Shown here: piece after piece, positions 29,767 to 39,023 of the stretch
How the letters are laid out: each line of letters opens with the position of its first letter
How positions within the stretch are numbered: the first letter of the stretch is position 1
Assembly: GCA_051599415.1 (NCBI GenBank)
Contig: AP039702.1
Span: 248,001-312,000 of the forward strand
Direction of reading: 5' to 3'
Length of the DNA: 64,000 nt
Source of the DNA: Savitreella phatthalungensis
Lineage: Eukaryota
The notes under the pieces: generated by a model
What the model saw: the letters and a program-made list of their open reading frames with translations, nothing else
Told to the model about the DNA's origin: nothing
The model's database searches: none
Made by a program: the position numbers and the translations under genes

Positions 29767-31113
29767 ATGGTCGCAAGTATTGATTCAATCGCGTCTAGAC
29801 GGAAATCTACACCAACTCGTTCTGGCGCAGCACCAACGATAACGCCGTTGAGTCCGATTGCGATGCATGCAGGCGCACGTGATGGCAGGATATCCAAGAT
29901 TCGGGGACTTTCACTGATAAAGACATCGGATGATGCTGGTGCGCGGGAGTTGTTGAACGATCTGTCGTTGGCGCTACTGTCGCCTGGCTTGGGACGCAAG
30001 CAAGTGACGGATCCTGAGATGCAGGAAGAGATCCGGGTGAGTCGTGACGTGCAGAAAGAACAAGAGAATCTGATTCAGGCCCGAGTCAACGGGCGTGCAT
30101 CATCAGCAGCTGTTGTCGCCCATACCCAAAGGTACGCTCACACTCACGCCCACCCACATCGCCACCAGCATCACCATCTGGCACTGGCGGAGGGAGTAGA
30201 TGCACAGAGCCCGACTAGTAGACGACGCCTGAGAATCGCGACCGGTGTGTCACGTGCAATCTCTTCGCAATCGCCCCATGACCGTACCAGGTCTGGTTGT
30301 TCGTGGCACGGACACCAATCCGATCGCTTCCGCGAAGGTCTGCGAAGTGCACCACTAGCCGGTTTCACCTTTGGCAGACCGCCGGCGGGTGAAGCAGGTC
30401 ACAGAAACTGTATTGGTGGTCGCAATGCCGCGCTTGCGCCAATCGCAACCAAGGTCGAAAGAGATGAGGACCATCTGAGTTCATCATCAACATCCGGTGC
30501 GGCCAGCTCGATGGCCGGAAGAGGCCGCGATTTGCCACGTCTAGGCGACCTACAGCTGCCCACACCAGCTACACATCACCAACGACCTATGATCCTGCCG
30601 CTGCGCGGCCCAGAAACGCCGAATGCTGCTGGCGCGGCGGTGACTAGACGCAGCAGGGACGAAGCCGCCGATATGGAGATAGACACGAGTCATTTGCTGA
30701 CGCCTCGAGTAGGTCGTGATGGAGTGGAGCTCAGAGTTGAGGGCTCGACAACCGTGACGCCTGTAAGAGGCTCGATGACTGTGGAAGAGATGAACGCGGA
30801 CCGAATGAATGCGTCCCTTGACCGCATCGCTCGCAATACCGAGATTGTCATGGCTAGCGACATCGACCAGCAAACACCGACGAGAGTCACTTCCCAGGCA
30901 CAGTATCCGTCACCGGCCAGTTCGAGTGATGCTGAGTTGACCTCTCCCAGGTCAGGCTCGATGCCAGTCTACACATCGTCAGCAGTGGTGCCGATGCCTC
31001 ATGCTGGGGAGGATCGGTTGAGCGTGCTGTCGCGCGCGGCGAGGCTGAGAGACCAGCGGGAACAGTATTTACGCCGCTGTGCGGAATCGTTCGATGCTTT
31101 CCATGGACTCTAG
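29767..31113 (+). CDS. Conserved fungal low-complexity protein (LSPG...SRDVQKEQENLIQAR motif; C-terminal helix), possible MAPK substrate
   Basis: First ATG 29767, 448-codon ORF, many SP/TP sites, C-terminal REQYLRRCAESFDAFH. Confidence 0.75.
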   Translation: MVASIDSIASRRKSTPTRSGAAPTITPLSPIAMHAGARDGRISKIRGLSLIKTSDDAGARELLNDLSLALLSPGLGRKQVTDPEMQEEIRVSRDVQKEQENLIQARVNGRASSAAVVAHTQRYAHTHAHPHRHQHHHLALAEGVDAQSPTSRRRLRIATGVSRAISSQSPHDRTRSGCSWHGHQSDRFREGLRSAPLAGFTFGRPPAGEAGHRNCIGGRNAALAPIATKVERDEDHLSSSSTSGAASSMAGRGRDLPRLGDLQLPTPATHHQRPMILPLRGPETPNAAGAAVTRRSRDEAADMEIDTSHLLTPRVGRDGVELRVEGSTTVTPVRGSMTVEEMNADRMNASLDRIARNTEIVMASDIDQQTPTRVTSQAQYPSPASSSDAELTSPRSGSMPVYTSSAVVPMPHAGEDRLSVLSRAARLRDQREQYLRRCAESFDAFHGL

Positions 31114-31119
31114 GGGCCA

Positions 31120-32223
31120 TCAAACAGGTCGTTCCCATCGAACAAGGACGGACTCGAAACTCTTCCGGCCTTTCACAAACGTCGTCCCGCGCCACCCGTC
31201 CACGCCATCCCAAGCGATCGCAAAAGAGCCCTCTTTTGGCTTCTCGCTCTGCCGGGCGGTGTCGACAGGGGCTGTTGGTAGACCGTCTTCGAACCAAGCG
31301 TTAAACCAGCAGTGCATCCATGCTTGGCCGCGTGACAGGTAGATCCCGATGTCTGGTGGGGTTGCAAGTGGTTGCTTGAGGGTGTAGGTTGTGATGACGC
31401 CCTCCGGGTCTTTCTCTGCTGCTGAGGTCGCGGTGGAGCTGGTGTCGATAGACGTATCCGTGCCGGTCTTGCTGCGATGACCACGGCGGCGAGTGATGTC
31501 ACAATTGGACTTGTCCAGCTCCAGCACGGTCTCGATCGTCTTGCCCTCACCGCCAAATCGCCGAAGCGCAAGCCGCGTATTCGCTACCTGGCCCACAACT
31601 TCCACGGCCGTGACCCGAACGCCGTAGTCCCCTCGGTATCGCTCTCCATCGGCATGCCACAGCGATACATAGTCAAGGTATCTGACCTGGCTCGGTATCG
31701 AGACTCCCTCTCCAAACCCTTTCCGCATCCGCTTCTCCGTAAACAGCGCCTTTGCATCAGCGGTCGTGAAGCCGCGCCTCGCAACGAGGAACGAGCAAGT
31801 CGCGAGTCCTGACCTACCCTTACCTGCCTTGCAGTGAACGACTGCGAGTGGTTTACCCTTTACTGGATCGGGGTCGCGTGAGAGATGGGTGTCAATGGCA
31901 CTGACGATTTGCGGGAGGAGTACGAAGGGCGGTGGATGGTGGTCGACAAATGGAAAATGGCTCACACGGCCATCAAAGTCCTGATCAGTGTACCCGGCTC
32001 CCTCTGCACGCAGCTCAAACACCCGCCAGTCCACACCGTGCCCATCCAGAAACGCTCGCACCTTCACAAGCCCGTTCCGGTAGAGCATCTCGATCGTAGA
32101 AGTCGATGGCAGCGACATAGCGCAAATTTCAGGCGTCACAAACGACAAATCCAAATCATGCCCCTCGCTCGTGTACCGCAACCGAGGGTACGATGCGATC
32201 CGGCCAAGCACAGAGGCCAGCAT
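31120..32223 (-). CDS. PTEN: PTEN-like phosphoinositide phosphatase (Tep1/Ptn1)
   Basis: DLDLSFVT, FPFVDHHPPPF, the catalytic VHCKAGKGRSG loop and GVSIPSQVRY. First ATG 32223. Confidence 0.93.
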   Translation of the reverse strand: MLASVLGRIASYPRLRYTSEGHDLDLSFVTPEICAMSLPSTSTIEMLYRNGLVKVRAFLDGHGVDWRVFELRAEGAGYTDQDFDGRVSHFPFVDHHPPPFVLLPQIVSAIDTHLSRDPDPVKGKPLAVVHCKAGKGRSGLATCSFLVARRGFTTADAKALFTEKRMRKGFGEGVSIPSQVRYLDYVSLWHADGERYRGDYGVRVTAVEVVGQVANTRLALRRFGGEGKTIETVLELDKSNCDITRRRGHRSKTGTDTSIDTSSTATSAAEKDPEGVITTYTLKQPLATPPDIGIYLSRGQAWMHCWFNAWFEDGLPTAPVDTARQSEKPKEGSFAIAWDGVDGWRGTTFVKGRKSFESVLVRWERPV

Positions 32224-32621
32224 CGTGTGCAATGTCTTCAGCGGATGACGTAGCAGGCCGGGCAAGTGCCGGAGCGGCCGCTGAAAGTAATTCAGAAACG
32301 CCAGCGTGCAAACCGAGTGCTTAAGATCTGACCGACCTGAAGAATAGCGGATTTTTGAGACAGTTCTAGGATGTACTGTGCTTGTGATGATGGATGCCTC
32401 CCACACAATCATCTACGCCGATGACGTCCAGTGGGTTTGAGCGGAGGCACGTGAGACCTGGAAGATTCGGGGGAAGGTGGGCGCCACGAATGTAAACTTG
32501 TGGCGTCAAAACTCGGCCTTGTCCGACGTCCTCCCACTCACTCACCCACACCCACCTCCTACCACCTTCATCTCTATCCTCAAAGACACAGACGTTCTTG
32601 ACGCAGGCCACATCTCCAATC

Positions 32622-33521
32622 ATGGCCCAAGTCTCAATCGCAGACAGGGCAAGAGAATCAGCCGACTTCATCCGGTCACGGATCGGGTCCAGCTTCGAGA
32701 CGCCAAAGGCAGCCATCATCTGCGGCAGCGGGTTATCCGGCTTGGCCCATACGTTTGAGGATGGTATCTCGATTGAGTATGATGAGATCCCTCACTTTGC
32801 GGTGTCTACGGTTGCCGGGCACGGTTCGCGGTTGGTGTTTGGAAAGGTCCGGGGAACGGCTGCGGTGGCGATGGTAGGTCGATTTCACCTGTACGAGGGT
32901 CACGCGATCACGACGACGACGTTCCCCGTACGAGTGTTTGCTGCACTCGGCGTGTCCGTCCTGATCGCCACCAACGCAGCAGGAGGACTCAACCACACGT
33001 ACAACGTCGGAGACCTCGTCTGTCTAAACGACCATATCAGTCTCCCAGGACTCGTAGGCATCAACCCGCTCGTCGGACCAAACGACGATACGCTCGGACC
33101 GAGATTCCCACCGCTCAGCGACGCCTACGATCTCGACCTCAGGCGTGCGCTTTTCGATGCCGCCGACGAGGTCGTCAAGGATGGGAGGAGGAAGGTGCAC
33201 GAGGGTGTGTATGTGATGGTGTCTGGACCGAGCTATGAGACGAGGGCTGAGTCGCGGATGCTGCGGGCGTTTGGTGCTGATGTGGTTGGGATGTCGACGG
33301 TGCCTGAGATTGTCGTTGCCAGACACGCCGGCTTGCGTGTCCTGGCCGTATCACTCGTCACCAATAACGTCGTCCTCGACTTTCCACCATCCGCCCGCCA
33401 ACACATCGAAGGAGCAGACATGGCAAAGGGAAAAGCCGACCATGCAGAAGTCCTCGAAGCAGGCCGTGAAGCCGCAAAGGACCTCCAACAGATCATCTCA
33501 ATCGTCATTGCTTCATTGTAG
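32622..33521 (+). CDS. PNP1: Purine nucleoside phosphorylase
   Basis: IICGSGLSGL, STVAGH, GRFHLYEG, TNAAGG, GPSYET and VGMSTVPE. First ATG 32622. Confidence 0.96.
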   Translation: MAQVSIADRARESADFIRSRIGSSFETPKAAIICGSGLSGLAHTFEDGISIEYDEIPHFAVSTVAGHGSRLVFGKVRGTAAVAMVGRFHLYEGHAITTTTFPVRVFAALGVSVLIATNAAGGLNHTYNVGDLVCLNDHISLPGLVGINPLVGPNDDTLGPRFPPLSDAYDLDLRRALFDAADEVVKDGRRKVHEGVYVMVSGPSYETRAESRMLRAFGADVVGMSTVPEIVVARHAGLRVLAVSLVTNNVVLDFPPSARQHIEGADMAKGKADHAEVLEAGREAAKDLQQIISIVIASL

Positions 33522-33599
33522 ATAACACTACCTCTTACTTTTTACATGTAACTATACATATGGATGTCTCACATCTTTCGCCGCAGGCAGAGTGCTTTG

Positions 33600-36104
33600 T
33601 CAGCTCGACCAGTATCCGTTCATCGCCAGGCGCACTGCCAGTCCTGCGACTGGTGAGTTGCCATCAAGTCTGCCGCGACCAGTGGCTGCAGATGCCTCGC
33701 ACACTCTGACAAGCTTGACTGCCACCTTGTGGAAATTCTCGTACAGTGATTGTTGTGATTCGGGGGCTTCGCGGTCACCGATTGACATGTGTGAGAGATC
33801 GAGGGCGGCCTGGAGGGCCGTTCGCAGGAGTGCATGGATTTCCTTTGCGCGCCTGTTCAGGAGCAGTCCGGCGGCGATGCGATCGAGTAGGAGGTCGTGC
33901 ATGTGGCGAAGGTCGGCGACGCTCGGTGAGATGGTGGTGGATGAGGTGGCAGCGGCGATGGATGCCCTGAAAGTTGACCAGTTGGCAGCGACCGCGGTCT
34001 CGAAAGCGTGCGCCGTCACAGCGCGCACGAATGCAGCAGCCTCTAGACGGAATCGCTCAGATACTGGGTGTTCGCGGCGGAGGTGGCGGCGTTCGCCGGT
34101 GGTGTGGGCTCGCGACATCTTCGTAACCGCGTGGCTGCAGCGCAGCAGGAGTAGCAGGAACTGCGAAATCATGTCATACTGCCGAATGCTCGCAGGTGTG
34201 ATGATGCCCTGAAGTGCGCGCGGCGATCGGTATCTGAACCGAAGGAAGGAGAGGGCGTCGATGGAGCCGACTTTAGTCTCGCTAGTGGTCGCGGAATCGG
34301 GCTCTTCCACCCGGAAGCCAAGGTGGCCCAAAAGCTCCGGCTCGCTTTGCGTGGCTGTCGCCTGATGGAGGAAGCGCTCATCGGTGAGCGTCTGTGCGAG
34401 CACGTTGCGAAGAGCAACTGCGACTTTGGCAGTCGGTGGAGGCCATTGTTTCACGGCTGCTGGGCTGTAGACACTGATGAGACCTGGACCGCCACGAGCG
34501 AGGGCTGCCAACGATCGTGGTTCAGCAAAGATCACATTGGACAGACTGCTGACGAGCTTGCCATTGCCAAAGAGATAGACCTCGCGGAGTAGATCAATAT
34601 GGTCAAGAAGCTTAACGCGATTCATCAGTGCATCAGTCACGTGATGTTTTAGTGCTGCCACATGGAGTTGCAGCGGTATGTGAACGCCGAGGTCCCAAGC
34701 ACGACTAAGAGGCATATGCTTCGAGGTCGTGATACGATCGATCGAGGATTTGAATGCCTGGAGAACAGTTGTCTGGGATGGAATGAGCGACATCTGTGCA
34801 AGGCTGGCGGCCAGCTGAGCCTCTATATCGCCGGATGGCGCGGAAGCCGTCACGATCTTTGTGGTGGGCAAGGGTTCGACTGAGGTGCTCACGATGGTTG
34901 AGAAAGTCGGGTTGAATGATCTGTCTAGCTGCCGGGCATCTGCGTGCTTCAGGACGGAAGTGCCTGCGATGCACTCGAGCAGCAGACTTTGCGCCTGCGG
35001 CGTCAAGCAGGCCGGTGCTCGTTCAGTATCAATAAACAGGCTGCCGGATTCGTCCCTGCGGAGGACGACCATCTCGTGGTTCGATAGACCTGTGGCCGCA
35101 GTGCCGAGAGTCGCTGCTGCCGAGATCTCCCGCACGAGGACTGCTGTGAGGTCGTGCAGGTACGACAGCTGGAGAACGCGTGTGATGTGGTCCATGTGCT
35201 CTGTTGGAAGTGTCAGGCTACGCCAGAGTCTATCCAGGACCACCTTGCCATCGAAGGCGCGAACTGATCTGGCAATACAGCTCGATCGGTGCGTATCGAC
35301 AAGAAGCAGATCTGTCAACCAGTGTAGTCGTTTGTGAGAGTTCATCAGTGCACGATCTAAATCACAGACCGCGATGCTTTCATCGCCAGGGAGGGCCAAG
35401 GCGTTGCCGTGCAGATGCAGGAGATCGGCAATGAAGCGTGCGGTGACGATGGCCGTCGCTGATGCTGATGCTTCGCGTGTTTTTGCCCGCAAGCCCTCGG
35501 CGACGAGCTCGATCCTGCGTGCGGCCGTCGCAGACGCGGCACACGCGGTGAACAATGCCTGTGATGCCTCGAGAGTGGCGCCTGACAGTCGTCTGTCTGG
35601 CGCGGTGATACGGAATCTCGCCGTCGAATCGTCCCACGCCACGAGCGCGGAGCTACGCCCGTGAAGCGCATGAGACAGACACAATAGAGCATCACGAGAG
35701 TCTAACGCCCATAGATCAGTGCCAAGATGATCGTTGACGATGGCGTCAAATTCGTCAAATTCCGATGGCGTGTCTTTGTCTTCGTCTTCAGCGTGATCCT
35801 GCTCGAAGGTTGTGTCCGGGTCATCATAGTCTTCCGCTTCAGCAGGCTCGTCAACTTCGCTTTCGTCCTGCTCACTCGGCTGGTTGATGGCCAAAGAGCG
35901 AATGAAATCCTGCTCGAGCGCATCGATCTCATATGAGAATGCTGGGAGATCCGGCAAAAGATGCGCAGGATCGATCGAGCAGCTCTGTAGCTGTGTATTG
36001 GCATTCACATCCGGAAGCGGATGAAAGTCTGGTATGAGCACCTGACGCGCAAGCTCTTCAGGCGAGCGGTATTGGTGACGCCAGCGTTGAGTCAGCGCTT
36101 CCAT
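33600..36104 (-). CDS. Gamma-tubulin complex component, Spc97/98 family (GCP6/Alp16-like)
   Basis: GRIP2-like C-terminus: HIDLLREVYLFGNG, WPP, ALSFLRFRYRSPRALQGIITP...YDMISQFLL, LAVRLAMNGYW. Confidence 0.82.
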   Translation of the reverse strand: MEALTQRWRHQYRSPEELARQVLIPDFHPLPDVNANTQLQSCSIDPAHLLPDLPAFSYEIDALEQDFIRSLAINQPSEQDESEVDEPAEAEDYDDPDTTFEQDHAEDEDKDTPSEFDEFDAIVNDHLGTDLWALDSRDALLCLSHALHGRSSALVAWDDSTARFRITAPDRRLSGATLEASQALFTACAASATAARRIELVAEGLRAKTREASASATAIVTARFIADLLHLHGNALALPGDESIAVCDLDRALMNSHKRLHWLTDLLLVDTHRSSCIARSVRAFDGKVVLDRLWRSLTLPTEHMDHITRVLQLSYLHDLTAVLVREISAAATLGTAATGLSNHEMVVLRRDESGSLFIDTERAPACLTPQAQSLLLECIAGTSVLKHADARQLDRSFNPTFSTIVSTSVEPLPTTKIVTASAPSGDIEAQLAASLAQMSLIPSQTTVLQAFKSSIDRITTSKHMPLSRAWDLGVHIPLQLHVAALKHHVTDALMNRVKLLDHIDLLREVYLFGNGKLVSSLSNVIFAEPRSLAALARGGPGLISVYSPAAVKQWPPPTAKVAVALRNVLAQTLTDERFLHQATATQSEPELLGHLGFRVEEPDSATTSETKVGSIDALSFLRFRYRSPRALQGIITPASIRQYDMISQFLLLLLRCSHAVTKMSRAHTTGERRHLRREHPVSERFRLEAAAFVRAVTAHAFETAVAANWSTFRASIAAATSSTTISPSVADLRHMHDLLLDRIAAGLLLNRRAKEIHALLRTALQAALDLSHMSIGDREAPESQQSLYENFHKVAVKLVRVCEASAATGRGRLDGNSPVAGLAVRLAMNGYWSS

Positions 36105-36316
36105 AATTCACGCGTCATGACCTCATTCGAAGCAGTAGATGAGACAGCACCCAACTTGTACTCACCAGCCTGAGAGTCTAGCTTGCCTATGTCTAGACGC
36201 GTCGTATCTGTATTTTGTGTGTGTTTTGTGTTTTTGGGTTATGAGCAGTCAATGTGCATCTACCCGCTGCGCTTGCCATGTCGCCTGCCTAACTAAATTT
36301 ACGGAGACCCGTCTGA

Positions 36317-37606
36317 ATGAGTTCCGAGTTATCCAAAGGCTGGAGGACAAAACAGTTCCACTCACAGAGTCGTGCAAGTAGAGAGACGACGATGTCCGAG
36401 GAGGTGTGGACAGAAGAAGATGAGCTTGTTCTGCATAGAGCCATCATCGCATTACGTCCAATCGGGCCCTATGCGCCGCTGCGCCTGGTAGCACTGCACT
36501 ATGCGCTAAATGCCGACCTGGAGCAAGATCCTCGGCTGTCGATGCGTGATATCAAGACAAAACTCCGCTCGCTCTACAATGTGAAGGCTTTGAATGCGAG
36601 AGAGCTGGTTCCGGTGGGATCATCTGCCTCATCGACGGCGGATAATGGAAATGGTGGCGGAGCAGGACATGGTACGGCGGGAGGAGCTGCAGGGAAGAAG
36701 TCTGCGAAGGAGGCCGCGAGAGATAAGCAGGAAGCTCGGATGAGGGCAGAGAATTACTTGAAGGAGAGAAAACCGAGCGATCTGAGCTGGCCAAAATTCC
36801 TTGCACTCGTTCAAGAGCGAGCGACCTCGAGCGCTGACGACGACACCAATGAAGACGGTTTCCCGACTGAGACGATTCCCGAGGACCCACGATCAAGACG
36901 ATCGTCTGTCTCTGTCAAAGAGGAAGCCGATGCTGTGGAGGAAGATGAGGAGGATGGGGCAGACGGAAATGACTCGAGCGAAAAGGGTTCGGAGGATGGC
37001 AGTGAGGAGAAGGACGATGGGGACTCGGAGGATGCGAAAGAGGAAGACGAGGTTGAGCCTGCCAAGGTGGCTGGTCGCGGCCGCGGTAGGGGCAGAGGCA
37101 GAGGCACTCGAGCACGCGGTCGCGGTAGCCGAGGCGGTAGAGGTAGAGGTGCAGCCTCCGCCGCAGCAGCATCGACAGGCACGTCGACTCGGAATGCTCG
37201 ATCGCGACGCGGTACAGCGACCCCTGCAGAAGGGGATGACCACGACAACGATGATAACAGTAATAATAACAACACCAACGAAGATCATGATGATGACGAG
37301 GAAGGCGGAGGAGATGGCGAGGGCGGAGATGATGAGGAAGACGATGGAGAAGCAGATGAGGAGGAAGAAGAGGAAGAGCGACGACCGAAGCGCGCACGAC
37401 GTGCAGCCACAGACTCTGTGGCCTCGGAAGCAAGTTCTGTGCAGGGTAGCCCACGTGTTGCTCGTGGTGGAAGGGGATCACGTGCTCGTGGACGTGGCGT
37501 GCGAGGCGGTGCTCGCGGTGGTCGTGGTGGTAGTAGGACAGCGTCATCGACAGGGAACAATACACCTGCGCCAGAAGGCAGTCGGAAGAGCTCTCGCCGG
37601 AAGTAG
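36317..37606 (+). CDS. EAF7: NuA4 subunit Eaf7 (CT20/MRGBP family); true start may be ATG 36392
   Basis: WTEEDELVLHRAIIALRPIG...IKTKLRSLYNVKAL, followed by an acidic and RG-rich tail. Confidence 0.85.
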   Translation: MSSELSKGWRTKQFHSQSRASRETTMSEEVWTEEDELVLHRAIIALRPIGPYAPLRLVALHYALNADLEQDPRLSMRDIKTKLRSLYNVKALNARELVPVGSSASSTADNGNGGGAGHGTAGGAAGKKSAKEAARDKQEARMRAENYLKERKPSDLSWPKFLALVQERATSSADDDTNEDGFPTETIPEDPRSRRSSVSVKEEADAVEEDEEDGADGNDSSEKGSEDGSEEKDDGDSEDAKEEDEVEPAKVAGRGRGRGRGRGTRARGRGSRGGRGRGAASAAAASTGTSTRNARSRRGTATPAEGDDHDNDDNSNNNNTNEDHDDDEEGGGDGEGGDDEEDDGEADEEEEEEERRPKRARRAATDSVASEASSVQGSPRVARGGRGSRARGRGVRGGARGGRGGSRTASSTGNNTPAPEGSRKSSRRK

Positions 37607-37652
37607 GAACTCTGTCTGATGACTACAAGCCTGTATTATAAGAACTGGTCAC

Positions 37653-37751
37653 ACTCAGATGAGACTCAGATGAGACTCAGATGAGATTCAGATGAGATTC
37701 AGATGAGACTCAGAAAAGACTCAGATGAGACTCAGATGAGATTCAAATGGA
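37653..37751. repeat. 11-bp tandem repeat, consensus AYTCAGATGAG, 8 full copies plus 1 degenerate
   Basis: Units read directly at 37653, 37664, 37675, 37686, 37697, 37708, 37719, 37730 and 37741. Confidence 0.95.
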
Positions 37752-37863
37752 CGTCCATCTGCGTGTAAGCATAGCTGAGCATTAGGGAGGAGCAAAGAGC
37801 TTAATCTAGTAGTTGTACAAAGTAATCTGTGTCATACTTGCGATCACCTAGATCTGTTTGACA

Positions 37864-38496
37864 TCATATAGGCTTTAGCTCTCCGTCATCAGCTTTAGAT
37901 TGCTTGAGCTTTCGAAGACGTTTAACTTCGGCTCTCTCAGCATCGACTCGCTTACCCTCATCCCAGATCTCCTGCCATTCTACCTCGTCCTGGATCTTCT
38001 GATTAGCTGACTGGGAGGATGAGAGGGATTTGCGGAGGGACGGCAGGGCTGTGCCGATGAGCGAGCGCATTCTGGTTGTGAAGGAGGGCAGATCGTGGAC
38101 ATCGAGGGCGTAGGTGGTGGCGAGGACTGCTGCAGAAGCGATCGATCCACATAGCAGGGTAGCAACAGCAAGTGCCTTGAATCCATGGACGACAGGACTG
38201 AATCCGTCATCGACAGGCGCGTCCAGCTGGCCTGCACGTGCCTTGTACCTGGGTGGAGTCACACTAGGCTCGAAAAATGTCATGGCAGGATCTCGACGCT
38301 CTTTACGCGTCCGCCTTAGAGCCCACAATAGTCCAATACCAAATGCTGCAGATGCACCTGCCAAAAGGACTCTTGATCCAAGTTGTTGGGTCTCTTGTGC
38401 TGTGTTGGGAAGAGATATTGAGGACAGGACATTTTGAGAGGTCGCTTGATGATTAGACTCCTTCGGTGAAGTTTGTTGCTGTATCCGTTCTTCCAT
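37864..38496 (-). CDS. Two-TM mitochondrial membrane protein, Aim11/TMEM242-like
   Basis: Two hydrophobic segments. FKALAVATL...YALDVHDLPSFTTRMRSL resembles this family. Confidence 0.65.
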   Translation of the reverse strand: MEERIQQQTSPKESNHQATSQNVLSSISLPNTAQETQQLGSRVLLAGASAAFGIGLLWALRRTRKERRDPAMTFFEPSVTPPRYKARAGQLDAPVDDGFSPVVHGFKALAVATLLCGSIASAAVLATTYALDVHDLPSFTTRMRSLIGTALPSLRKSLSSSQSANQKIQDEVEWQEIWDEGKRVDAERAEVKRLRKLKQSKADDGELKPI

Positions 38497-39023
38497 TGAT
38501 GAGAGAGAGTATAAGGATGGATGTGTTGGAAGTTACGGCGAGGGAACAGCTGCGTATATTTGGAAGGTGGATATTTTGTTCATGTGCATGAGCATGTGCT
38601 ACTGCTGCTGGTGGTGGTGATGGTGATGATGCTGTAACTGAAGCCTATCCTCATACTGTTCATCCTCCACTGTATACTCCATCGTGTGCATGTACTAGAT
38701 CTACATTACGATGCATGCTAATGCTGTGAGCTAATTTTAGCACACCTCCAAACAGACAGGCCACTCTAAATTTTGTTGGTGCATCTGTGAGCAATTGCAA
38801 GTCATGCGCGTACGTACATGCGCCGTCTGCTGTTCTGTTGAAATGATTGCTGCCAAGCTAAAAAGCTCAGTCGGTATATACTGATAGGAATTTTAATTCA
38901 GCCCTGCATCCGAGCCAAATTCTACAAAGCAAAGGCCATCAATGCATCGATCGTGATCTTTGGGAGTCCAATATATCCCTTCTTAAGTTTATAACTCTAG
39001 ATTCGACCGGACTTGCTATAACG

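Noticed and set aside
7055..37606. Possible chromatin gene cluster (EPL1 and EAF7 of NuA4, ARP5 of INO80)
   Set aside because: Spread over 30 kb among unrelated genes. Chance linkage is sufficient without synteny evidence.
37653..37751. CRISPR-like array
   Set aside because: Contiguous 11-bp units with no spacers, eukaryotic context and no cas genes.
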